44,120 nt of DNA, taken from Paracoccaceae bacterium. Its GTDB lineage: Bacteria > Pseudomonadota > Alphaproteobacteria > Rhodobacterales > Rhodobacteraceae. The first letter of the stretch is position 1. Each line of letters begins with the position of its first letter. Made by a program: the position numbers and the translations under genes. Positions 1 through 7,959 of the stretch are shown here, one piece after another. The DNA lies in assembly GCA_015487335.1 (NCBI GenBank), contig WFPZ01000017.1:1-44120 (forward strand), read 5' to 3'. Under the pieces are notes generated by a model. The model ran no database searches, had not been told where the DNA came from, and saw nothing but the letters and a program-made list of their open reading frames with translations.

Positions 1-48
1 CGGATTGCAAATCCGTGTACACCGGTTCGATTCCGGTACTCGCCTCCA
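1..48 (+). tRNA. tRNA-Cys(GCA), 3' portion (5' part lies outside the window)
   Basis: Anticodon stem-loop CGGA/UUGCAAA/UCCG with GCA at 7-9. T-arm ACCGG-TTCGATT-CCGGT at 21-37. Acceptor 3' strand 38-44, discriminator U at 45 (typical of tRNA-Cys), encoded CCA at 46-48. Confidence 0.85.
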
Positions 49-108
49 AACATTTCAAGGACTTGGCGGACGGGCAGCACGCGAAGGGCGGATGTTTTCA
101 CATCCGTT

Positions 109-657
109 TTCACGTTTCCCGGTTTGGTCACATGCACTGATGAAGAACCGCAGCAGGCTGATCGTGCAGGGCAACCTGACCCGGGCCGACGGCCATGCCG
201 AACGGCGCGCGGCAATGGAGATATCCACCGCCATTCTCCCGCTCGACAAGGCGGCCGACCTTGGGTGCGGACAAGGGCCATGACGCCGCCGGGTCCATCG
301 CCGAACCTCGGCAGGCCTGCGTGACCCCGCATGTCGCAAGAAAATCGCACCACCCGGCACAAGGGCTATGGGCTGTCTTTGAAACATCGCAAGAGGACCG
401 AGGAAGCCTTCGGCCGGGCCAGGACCGTCGGCGGCATGGCCCGGACCGTCTATCACGGGCTTGAGCGCGTCCGAGCCCGCTTCATCCTGGCAATGGCTGC
501 CGACAATCTTGCCCGATTGCCCCGATTGCTGGCAGCGTGAAGCCAGGAAAACTGCCCAGGAAAGCATGACCTTCCCGCAAACGGGCGGATGCCCGCAGAA
601 GCCTGGCTTCCGAAGGAAAACGGTTCTGGCTGCGAGACTTTTTCGGTAGCCTGTCAA
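109..657 (+). mobile_element. Decayed IS5-family DDE transposase remnant (5'-truncated, at least two frameshifts)
   Basis: Consecutive pieces of one transposase C-terminal half lie in three + frames. They are HALMKNRSRLIVQGNLTRADGHAERRAAMEI (ORF 5..283), LGADKGHDAAGSIAEPRQACVTPHVA (ORF 195..464) and RTTRHKGYGLSLKHRKRTEEAFGRARTVGGMARTVYHGLERVRARFILAMAADNLARLPRLLAA (ORF 331..540). No N-terminal half is present. The right boundary near 657 is a guess. Family assigned from memory of IS5-type transposases. Confidence 0.65.
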
Positions 658-742
658 GTTAAGGGGCAGGCCTCGGCCTGCCCCAATGGTGTGGATCTTT
701 CACCTTATCGCGGGAAAGACCACGCCGCTTCTTCTGCTAGGA
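658..742 (-). ncRNA. Candidate tracrRNA (anti-repeat, small nexus-like hairpin, terminator hairpin)
   Basis: Minus-strand RNA 5'-UCCUAGCAGAAGAAGCGGCGUGGUC pairs over 25 bp with CRISPR repeat nt 11-35 (minus orientation). The only two differences are G.U wobbles. UUUCCCGCGAU then pairs with repeat nt 1-7 across a UUU/UUU loop. A sigma-70-like promoter lies upstream and a GC hairpin at 663-684 downstream. The ends are estimates. Confidence 0.75.
663..684 (-). terminator. Terminator hairpin at the 3' end of the tracrRNA candidate
   Basis: ggggcaggcctcggcctgcccc forms a 9-10 bp GC stem. On the minus strand it is followed by TTAACTT, a weak U tract. Confidence 0.55.
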
Positions 743-747
743 ATTGT

Positions 748-777
748 ATTGTAAGCTGACGTCCAATGATTTTTCAA
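748..777 (-). promoter_or_regulatory. Sigma-70-type promoter for the tracrRNA candidate
   Basis: Minus strand reads TTGAAA (777-772), an 18-nt spacer, then TACAAT (753-748). A second overlapping TACAAT lies at 748-743. The predicted start falls at the first anti-repeat nucleotides (~742). Confidence 0.6.
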
Positions 778-795
778 GCCTGGGCAGCTGTCACG

Positions 796-3700
796 ATGTA
801 TCGCTTTGCATTTGATCTGGGGTCCGGCTCACTCGGCTGGGCCGTATTCAAACTCAACGAAAGACAAAAACCCACACAGCTTGTTGACATGGGCGTGCGG
901 ATATTCCCGACCGGTCGCGATCCCAAGTCGAAAGAGTCCAATGCCGCTGGTCGCCGACAACCTCGCCAGCAGCGGCGTCAGATCGATCGGCGCAAGAAAC
1001 GGCGGCAGCGGCTTGAAGAACAGCTGGTGTCGGCGGGGCTGATGCCTGCCAGGGACAGGCCGGAGGAGCGCGCCGCCTTTTTTGCCATCGATCCTTATCA
1101 AGCGCGCCAGCGTGTGGCTCAGGAGAAATGCTCCTTGTATGAGTTGGGACGCGCCATCTGGCACATCTCGAAGCATCGGGGATTCAGGAGCAATCGAAAA
1201 ACCGATCGTGCCAACGAGGAAGAAAGTGGCAAGATCGCCCCTGCTGCCGCTCAGCTCCGCGAACGATTGGCTCAGGAAGGCGCTCCGACCTATGGGGTGT
1301 GGCTTGCAAGACGCCATATGGCGGGCAAGCCGGTGCGCATACACCTGGGTAACGACAAGGGGTATGATTTCTACCCCACGCGCCAGATGCTGGAGGACGA
1401 GTTCGATCATATCTGGCGCGTGCAGGCCCGCCACCATCCGAACCTGACCGACGAAAAGCGCGACGCCATCCGCGACACGCTCTTCTTCCAGCGCCCGCTG
1501 AAGCCGGTCCAACCCGGGCGCTGCACCTTCTTTCCCGAGGATTTCCGCCTGCCAAAGTGGCATCCCCTGGCACAGGAGTTCGTCATTCTCCAGCAGCTCA
1601 ACTCGCTGCGCATCCTTGGCGAAAGCGGCGAACGGGCGCTCGAGCCAACCGCGCGCAACCTGGTCGCCCGACACCTCATGGCCGGCAACAAGCTGACATG
1701 GAAGGGCTTGCGCAGGCTTCTGAAACTGCCCATGGATACCGAGATCAATCTTGAACGCGGCGGACTCAAGGCGCTTGCCTGCAACCAGACTGTCGCCCGA
1801 ATGCTGGGCACGAAGCGCAAGCCGGGACCGCTGGCCGAAAACTGGGACAGCTGGGACGAGGCCCAAAGGCTGCGCCTGCTGGAAATCCTTGATGCCGCTG
1901 AAACCCCTGAAGAGGCCGTTCACCGCCTGATGAATGAATGCGGGCTTGAGCGCGAAACCGCCGCGGCAGTCGAAAAAATCCCCCTGCCCGAGGGCCATAT
2001 CATGCTGGGCGAGCGGGCGGCACGGGCGATCGTGCAGGTGATGCGCGAAGAGGTGATCGTCTACAGCGACGCGGTGCGCATGGCCGGCGAACGCGGCCTG
2101 TTCGGCGAAGGCGCCGTGATCCACCATTCCGATCTGCGCCCCCAGGATGACCCGGGTCTTGACCGCCTGCCGCGCTACAACGAATTGCCAGCGCTTCAAC
2201 GGATGATCGGCACCGGCACGGGCAACCCGGAGGACCCGCCCGACATCCGTTTCGGACGGATCGCAAATCCGACCGTGCACATCGCGCTCGGCCAGTTCCG
2301 GAGGGTGATGAATGCGCTGATCGAGCGCTACGGCAAGCCCGCGCAGGTGGTCATCGAGACCACCCGAGACATGGCGAAATCGGCGCGCGAACTGAACGAG
2401 ATCGAGCGCACGATCAAGGCCAACACGAAGCGTAACGACACATGGCGCGCCGAATTGGAAGCGGCGGGCATTGTCGCCCCGGGCCAACGCATGGGCGATC
2501 GGCTCTTGCGCATGCGCCTGTGGGAAGAACTGGGCCAGACCCCGGCGGACCGCCTGTGCCCTTATTCGGGGCGCCCGATCTCGCTCCATCAGCTTCACTC
2601 CGACGACGTGGAGATCGACCATATCCTGCCCTTCGAGGATACCTTCGACGACACACCCGCCAACAAGACGGTCTGCTTCCGCTCCGCCAACCGCATCAAG
2701 GGCAAGCGCGCGCCCGGCGACGCATGGAGCGACGATGAACTCGTCGCCATCATCGACCGGGTGAAGGCCGCGCCCGGCATGAGGCACAAGCTCTGGCGTT
2801 TCCTGCCCGATGCGCTCGAAAAATGGCAGGAGCAGAAGAGCTTCGAGGATCGGCAACTGCATGCCACCGGCTATCTGGCCCGCGTGGTGCGCGCCTATGC
2901 CGAGGCGCTTTTCCCCAGGGACGGCACGTCGAACATCTGGATGCCCGTGGGGCGCATGACCGCCATGATGCGCCGCCGCTGGGGCATATACCTGCCCGAT
3001 CACAACGCCAAGACCCGCGACGACCACCGCCATCACGCGCTGGATGCGGCGGTGATCGGGGTGATCGACCGGCGCATGATCCAGCAGCTTCAGACCTACG
3101 CCCGCCAGATCGGCGCAGAGGAGCTCGACCGGGTGCTGCCCGCCCCACCCGAGCCGTTCGAGGGCTACCGCGACCAGGTGATGGAACGGGTGCGGCGCGT
3201 GCAGGCCAGCCACCGCCCGGACCATTCCGCCAGCGGCCGCCTGCACGAAGACACCGCCTATGGGCTGATCCGCGATGTGCCCGAGAACCAGGCCGCGCGC
3301 ACCATCGGCAATCTGGTTGTGCGCAAGCCGGTCATCGCGCTGACCGCCAAGGAGATCGGACAGGTGCGCGACGAGAAGATCCGCGAAGAGTTGCTGCGCG
3401 CCACCGAAGGGCTGCGCGGCGACAGGAAGAAGCTGGCCGAGGCGCTCGCGACGTGGAGCGAAAAGAGCGGCCACCGGCGGCTGAGGATCATCAAGCCCGC
3501 CGAGAACGCGCGCCCTGTGCGCGATGCACAAGGCCGCCCCTACAAATGGCTGGTCCCGGATGGGATCGCATGGATGGACATCCTCGAAGCCCCTGACGGC
3601 AGATGGTTCCACCACGCCACCGATATCTGGGCGGCACAGTCCGGAAATGCGCGCGACTGGCGCACGGAATACCCTGATGCCCGTTTCATCATGCGGCTCT

Positions 3701-3981
3701 ACAAGAACGACACGATCCAGCTGTTCGATCTGGGCGATGACGGCAAGCCGATCGAGGGCAACAACAGGATCAAGCGCGTCGTCCGGCTTGAGCCGAGTGC
3801 AAATCGGATGCGTCTCGTCGGGGTCAATGAGGCCGGCGAATACGACAAGCGCCACAATGACCCGGACGATCCCTTCCGCTGGGACTTCGCAACCATCTCG
3901 ATACTGAAGGCCCGTCGTGCCCGCCGCGTTCGGATCGACGAAACGGGCCGGGTGCGGACCATCCCGCACGGTAGAAACTGA
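796..3981 (+). CDS. cas9: Cas9, type II-C (1061 aa from ATG 796; alternative ATG at 766)
   Basis: RuvC-I MYRFAFDLGSGSLGWAV. Arg-rich bridge helix RRQPRQQRRQIDRRKKRRQRLEEQL. HNH motif DVEIDHILPFEDTFDDTPANKTVCFRSANRIKGKRAP. RuvC-III DDHRHHALDAAVIG. Followed by cas1-cas2 and a CRISPR array, with no csn2 or cas4. Confidence 0.95.
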   Translation: MYRFAFDLGSGSLGWAVFKLNERQKPTQLVDMGVRIFPTGRDPKSKESNAAGRRQPRQQRRQIDRRKKRRQRLEEQLVSAGLMPARDRPEERAAFFAIDPYQARQRVAQEKCSLYELGRAIWHISKHRGFRSNRKTDRANEEESGKIAPAAAQLRERLAQEGAPTYGVWLARRHMAGKPVRIHLGNDKGYDFYPTRQMLEDEFDHIWRVQARHHPNLTDEKRDAIRDTLFFQRPLKPVQPGRCTFFPEDFRLPKWHPLAQEFVILQQLNSLRILGESGERALEPTARNLVARHLMAGNKLTWKGLRRLLKLPMDTEINLERGGLKALACNQTVARMLGTKRKPGPLAENWDSWDEAQRLRLLEILDAAETPEEAVHRLMNECGLERETAAAVEKIPLPEGHIMLGERAARAIVQVMREEVIVYSDAVRMAGERGLFGEGAVIHHSDLRPQDDPGLDRLPRYNELPALQRMIGTGTGNPEDPPDIRFGRIANPTVHIALGQFRRVMNALIERYGKPAQVVIETTRDMAKSARELNEIERTIKANTKRNDTWRAELEAAGIVAPGQRMGDRLLRMRLWEELGQTPADRLCPYSGRPISLHQLHSDDVEIDHILPFEDTFDDTPANKTVCFRSANRIKGKRAPGDAWSDDELVAIIDRVKAAPGMRHKLWRFLPDALEKWQEQKSFEDRQLHATGYLARVVRAYAEALFPRDGTSNIWMPVGRMTAMMRRRWGIYLPDHNAKTRDDHRHHALDAAVIGVIDRRMIQQLQTYARQIGAEELDRVLPAPPEPFEGYRDQVMERVRRVQASHRPDHSASGRLHEDTAYGLIRDVPENQAARTIGNLVVRKPVIALTAKEIGQVRDEKIREELLRATEGLRGDRKKLAEALATWSEKSGHRRLRIIKPAENARPVRDAQGRPYKWLVPDGIAWMDILEAPDGRWFHHATDIWAAQSGNARDWRTEYPDARFIMRLYKNDTIQLFDLGDDGKPIEGNNRIKRVVRLEPSANRMRLVGVNEAGEYDKRHNDPDDPFRWDFATISILKARRARRVRIDETGRVRTIPHGRN

Positions 3982-4048
3982 AGGGGGCGGAGGCAGTCAC
4001 TGAAGCACAGGCCAACCTGTCGGGCCTCATCCATTTGAGGAGGTCAGG

Positions 4049-4963
4049 ATGGTTGGACAGATACTGGAACTCACGCGCATGGGGCTGTCCGTGCACAAGC
4101 GCCGCGGCTTTCTGGCCGTCGATGCCGAGGGGCGGGAGGCGGGGCGCCTTGGCCTTGACGACATCGAGGCGGTCCTGGCCGCAAGCCCCGGCGTGATGTG
4201 GTCAAACACCGCGCTTGCCGAACTGGCGGCGCGCGCGGTCCCGGTCATGATCCTGGGCCACAACTTCACCCCGGTGGCCGTTGTGTTGCCGCTTGCAGGC
4301 CACCACGCACAAGGCGAACGTTTCCGCGCCCAGGCCGCCGCGTCGCGCCCGCTGCGCAAACAGGCCTGGGCTGCCATGGTGCGCCACAAGATCGCCGCCC
4401 AGGCCGAGGCGCTCGAGCGGGTCGGGGCTCCCTCCGAGCGGCTGCGCCGGCTGACGATGGCCGTGCGCTCGGGCGACCCTGACAACCGCGAGGCCCAGGC
4501 CGCCCAGGCCTACTGGCCGCTTCTCATGGGCAGGGACTTTCGCCGCGACCGCGAGGCCGAAGGCGCCAACGCATTGCTCAACTACGGTTATGCCGTGCTG
4601 CGCGCCGCCACCGCGCGCGCCATCGTCGCCGCCGGGCTGCACCCTTCCCTCTCCCTGCACCACCGCTCGGGCGGCGACGCGCTGGCGCTGGCCGACGATC
4701 TGATGGAGCCCTTCCGGCCAACCATCGACCTTGCCGTTTGCAGGCTTGTGCGAGGCGGCATCACCAGCGTCGGGGAGGCTCGCGAAGAACTGATCGCCTG
4801 CCTCAATGCCGATTTTCCGACGAAGAATGGTGCGACGCCGCTATCGCACGTGCTTCTCTACCTCGCCCGCAGCCTGGCCACTTCCTTTCTCGACCGCAAG
4901 TTGCGGCTCGATTTCCCGTCCCGCCCGCTGCCGGACGAAGTCGGGGGCACGGCCAATGGCTGA
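4049..4963 (+). CDS. cas1: Cas1 integrase (304 aa)
   Basis: Position between cas9 and cas2. Motifs NALLNYGYAVLRA and GLHPSLSLHHRSGGDALALADDLMEPFRP. SD GAGGAGG lies upstream of ATG 4049. Confidence 0.93.
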   Translation: MVGQILELTRMGLSVHKRRGFLAVDAEGREAGRLGLDDIEAVLAASPGVMWSNTALAELAARAVPVMILGHNFTPVAVVLPLAGHHAQGERFRAQAAASRPLRKQAWAAMVRHKIAAQAEALERVGAPSERLRRLTMAVRSGDPDNREAQAAQAYWPLLMGRDFRRDREAEGANALLNYGYAVLRAATARAIVAAGLHPSLSLHHRSGGDALALADDLMEPFRPTIDLAVCRLVRGGITSVGEAREELIACLNADFPTKNGATPLSHVLLYLARSLATSFLDRKLRLDFPSRPLPDEVGGTANG

Positions 4964-5303
4964 ACGTTACACGCAACTGTCGGGGTATCGGATCATGTGG
5001 GTCTGGGTCCTTTTCGATCTGCCCGTTGGCACGAAGGCCGAGCGCAAGCGGGCCACGCGGTTTCGCAACGACCTTCTCGATCTTGGGTTCGAGATGGTCC
5101 AGTTTTCGGTATACTTGCGCCATGCTTGGAGCCGGGAGAAAGCCGAATCATATGCGCGCAAGGTTGGCGAATGCGTGCCCCCCTCTGGCCATGTTCAGGT
5201 GCTGTTCTTCACCGACAAGCAATATGCGCAGAGCAAAGTCTATCGCGGACGAGCGAAACCGCAATCACCGGACGAAAAACCGCGCCAACTTGCGCTTTTC
5301 TAA
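4956..5303 (+). CDS. cas2: Cas2 (115 aa)
   Basis: MAERYTQLSGYRIMWVWVLFDLPVGTKAERKRATRFRNDLLDLGFEMVQFSVY is a typical type II Cas2 N-terminus. Its ATG overlaps the cas1 stop (ATGGCTGA). Confidence 0.9.
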   Translation: MAERYTQLSGYRIMWVWVLFDLPVGTKAERKRATRFRNDLLDLGFEMVQFSVYLRHAWSREKAESYARKVGECVPPSGHVQVLFFTDKQYAQSKVYRGRAKPQSPDEKPRQLALF

Positions 5304-5345
5304 ACATTTCCTGGCCGGAATCTCGATGCTGGATCCCAAGAAAAT

Positions 5346-5372
5346 CCCCGCGCAACAATGGGTTGCGCGGGG
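5346..5372. terminator. 11-bp perfect hairpin between cas2 and the array
   Basis: ccccgcgcaac-aatgg-gttgcgcgggg. The plus strand continues TTAATCC. The minus strand continues ATTTTCTT, the better U tract, which fits termination of a minus-strand array transcript and also the end of the cas operon. Confidence 0.7.
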
Positions 5373-5375
5373 TTA

Positions 5376-5939
5376 ATCCTAGCAGAAGAAGCAGCGTGGC
5401 CAAACCCGGACTACCTCCGGTGCTTCGTCGACGAGGGTGAGATCCTAGCAGAAGAAGCAGCGTGGCCAAACCCGGACGACCAGTCCATGCTCAAGCTCCC
5501 GGCAGTCATCCTAGCAGAAGAAGCAGCGTGGCCAAACCCGGACATAATCGGCCACGAACGCAGGAACCTCGGCATCCTAGCAGAAGAAGCAGCGTGGCCA
5601 AACCCGGACATAATCGCGCGGCGTCCACTGCGCCCGTCCATCCTAGCAGAAGAAGCAGCGTGGCCAAACCCGGACTATCGGGAGCAGCAGTTGCGCGCGA
5701 ACCGTATCCTAGCAGAAGAAGCAGCGTGGCCAAACCCGGACATGGGCCATGGTCATACAGGGAACGCAGGGATCCTAGCAGAAGAAGCAGCGTGGCCAAA
5801 CCCGGACGTCGTTCAGGCTGTCCCTGGTCGAGACGTCATCCTAGCAGAAGAAGCAGCGTGGCCAAACCCGGACCTCTTGAGGGCGAACTTGACCTTGCCC
5901 TCGATCCTAGCAGAAGAAGCAGCGTGGCCAAACCCGGAC
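5376..5939 (-). CRISPR. CRISPR array: 9 identical 36-nt repeats, 8 spacers of 30 nt (transcription strand inferred as minus)
   Basis: The repeat (plus strand) ATCCTAGCAGAAGAAGCAGCGTGGCCAAACCCGGAC occurs at 5376, 5442, 5508, 5574, 5640, 5706, 5772, 5838 and 5904, an exact 66-nt period. Orientation is inferred from the tracrRNA wobble pattern and the flanking terminator. Confidence 0.97.
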
Positions 5940-6135
5940 TGGGCTCAGAAGCCTAATGCGCGCGCCCTCAAACTCAAAAATGCAGGATAGGCTTCACCTA
6001 ACCCCGTCTCGCTCTAACTGACCCGCAGCAACAGCTGTGTCACCGACTGCTCGGAATCTGCCAGTCAGGTCAGCCTGCTCGCCTCCTGCTCCTCACAGAA
6101 AGTGAATCACTGCCGGTCAGAGATGGAAATCCCGC

Positions 6136-7218
6136 CTATCCGGCCTGTTCCCCGACCTGCGCACCCCACCTTTCCAGCACGTCCTCCGGCGTCAGCGCGC
6201 CCTCTTCGCCGCGCGCCCGGGGCGGCGTGCGCGACAGGCGCGGGGCGGGGTTCGGGCCGTGCGGGCCGAACACGTCTCGCGCCCGCATGTGCGGGGCGCG
6301 CCGGGCCTCGTCGATGGAGAGCACCGGGGTGACGCAGGCGTCGGTTCCCTCGAAGAGCGCGGCCCACTCGTCGCGGGTGCGGGTGGCGAAAACCTCGGCC
6401 AGACGGGCGCGCATGGCAGGCCAGTCGGCCACCGACATCTGCGCCGGCATGTCCACGATCCCCAGCCCCTCCAGCAGCGCGGCCCAGAACTTGCCCTCGA
6501 TCGCCCCCACCGCCACATGCCCGCCGCAGGCGCAGCGGTAGGTGGTGTAGAAGGGCGCCGCCCCGTCGAGCAGGTTGGCGCGGCGCCGGTCCGCCCACAG
6601 GCCCGCCGCGCGCAGCGAGTGGATCATCGCCGAAAGATGCGCCACGCCATCGACGATTGCCGCATCCACCACCTGCCCCCGCCCCGAGCGCGCCGCTTCC
6701 AGCAGCGCGCAAACCATCCCGAAGGCCAGGTAGATGCCACCGCCGCCGAAATCGCCCAGCAGGTTGAGCGGCACCGCCGGCTCTTCGCCGCCGATCGCGT
6801 GCAGCATGCCGGTCAGGGAAATGTAGTTGATGTCGTGCCCGGCCGTGTGCGCCAGCGGCCCCTGCTGGCCCCAGCCCGTCATGCGCCCGTAGACCAGCCG
6901 CGGATTGGCCTCCAGCATCTCGTCGGGGCCCAGGCCGAGGCGCTCCATCACCCCCGGGCGCATGCCCTCGATCAGCCCGTCGGCCCGGGAAATCAGGGCG
7001 CGCGCCGCCTCGCGGCCTGCGGGCGATTTCAGGTCCAGCTCCACGAAGCCCCGGCCCCGGTTGAGGATGTCCACCTCCTGAGGGATCAGCGGCCGCGCGC
7101 CGGGGCGCTCGATGCGCACCACCTCGGCGCCGAAATCGGCCAGGGTCATGGCGGCAAAGGGCGTGGGGCCGAGCCCGGCGATCTCGACGATCCTCACCCC
7201 CGTCAGCGGCCCGCTCAT
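6136..7218 (-). CDS. Family III CoA-transferase (CaiB/BaiF; alpha-methylacyl-CoA racemase-like), 360 aa
   Basis: N-terminus [40 protein letters not shown] and the internal [11 protein letters not shown] motif are typical of this family. Confidence 0.8.
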   Translation of the reverse strand: MSGPLTGVRIVEIAGLGPTPFAAMTLADFGAEVVRIERPGARPLIPQEVDILNRGRGFVELDLKSPAGREAARALISRADGLIEGMRPGVMERLGLGPDEMLEANPRLVYGRMTGWGQQGPLAHTAGHDINYISLTGMLHAIGGEEPAVPLNLLGDFGGGGIYLAFGMVCALLEAARSGRGQVVDAAIVDGVAHLSAMIHSLRAAGLWADRRRANLLDGAAPFYTTYRCACGGHVAVGAIEGKFWAALLEGLGIVDMPAQMSVADWPAMRARLAEVFATRTRDEWAALFEGTDACVTPVLSIDEARRAPHMRARDVFGPHGPNPAPRLSRTPPRARGEEGALTPEDVLERWGAQVGEQAG

Positions 7219-7275
7219 CGCCTCGCCCCTTCATCTTGCCGGAAATACTCATGCCCCGGCCCCGCCACGCGCGCC

Positions 7276-7959
7276 TCACCCATCGCTGATCACCCCGTGG
7301 TCAAGCCGCAGCACCCGGTCCATCCGCGCCGCCAGCTCGAGGTTGTGGGTGGCGATCAGGGCGGACAGGCCGGTTTCGCGCACCAGATCCAGCAGCGTGG
7401 CGAAGACCCGCTCGGCGGTGTCCGGGTCGAGGTTGCCGGTGGGCTCGTCGGCCAGCAGCAGGCGCGGGGCGTTGGCCAGCGCCCGGCAGAAGGCCACCCG
7501 CTGCTGCTCGCCGCCCGAAAGTGCCGCCGGGCGGTGATCGGCGCGCGCCTCCACCCCCACGCGCCCCAGAAGATCGAGCGCCCGCGCCCGCGCCCTGCCC
7601 GGCGCCACCCCGTTGGCCAGCTGCGGCAGGACGATGTTTTCCAGCGCCGTGAATTCGGGCAGAAGGTGATGGAACTGATAGACGAAGCCGATGTCCTCGC
7701 GCCGGGCGCGGGTGCGCTGGCGGTCCGACAGGCCGGTCATCTCGCGCCCGCCCAGCACCACCCGCCCGGCATCCGCCGTGTCCAGCAGCCCGGCGATGTG
7801 CAAGAGCGTCGACTTGCCCGCCCCCGAGGGCGCCACCAGCGCCACCACCTCGCCGCGCGCCAGCGCAAGCGAGGCGCCGCGCAGCACCACCACCTCGCCC
7901 GGCGTGCCGCGCAGATAGGCCTTCTCGATACCCTCCAGGGCCAGCACCGGCTCACTCAT
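7276..7959 (-). CDS. lolD: Lipoprotein-releasing ABC transporter ATP-binding protein LolD
   Basis: Walker [10 protein letters not shown], signature [15 protein letters not shown], Walker [13 protein letters not shown]. Overlaps the upstream LolC/E permease gene by 8 nt. Confidence 0.85.
   Translation of the reverse strand: MSEPVLALEGIEKAYLRGTPGEVVVLRGASLALARGEVVALVAPSGAGKSTLLHIAGLLDTADAGRVVLGGREMTGLSDRQRTRARREDIGFVYQFHHLLPEFTALENIVLPQLANGVAPGRARARALDLLGRVGVEARADHRPAALSGGEQQRVAFCRALANAPRLLLADEPTGNLDPDTAERVFATLLDLVRETGLSALIATHNLELAARMDRVLRLDHGVISDG

Noticed and set aside
766-795. Upstream ATG giving a 10-aa N-terminal extension to Cas9 (MIFQAWAAVT).
   Set aside because: Cas9 orthologs begin a few residues before the RuvC-I DxG motif, and 766-777 overlaps the tracrRNA -35 box. 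It is kept only as an alternative, since neither start has a good SD.
829-3969. 1046-aa ORF antisense to cas9. Similar very long antisense or alternate-frame ORFs occur elsewhere (6259..8016, 9002..11494, 13153..15678, 20330..22381, 30114..34064, 41366..42829).
   Set aside because: High GC depletes stop codons in non-coding frames. These translations are Arg/Ala/Gly/Pro-rich low-complexity strings with no motifs, and each lies opposite a gene with clear family signatures.
5412-5903. Possible self-targeting spacers matching elsewhere in this window.
   Set aside because: I found no match by eye to the rest of the window. This cannot be excluded for the rest of the genome without a search.
5358-5990. 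210-aa ORF with a periodic ILAEEAAWPNPD peptide repeat, plus companion ORFs in other frames.
   Set aside because: It is simply the translation of the 66-nt CRISPR repeat-spacer period, not a repeat protein.
6078-6086. CTCGCCTCC downstream of the array is identical to 9 nt of the tRNA-Cys 3' acceptor end (positions 39-47). It might be an attR-like direct repeat marking the island boundary.
   Set aside because: There are only 9 matching nt with no extension on either side and no integrase gene in the island. It is suggestive but too short to call without comparison to an empty site.
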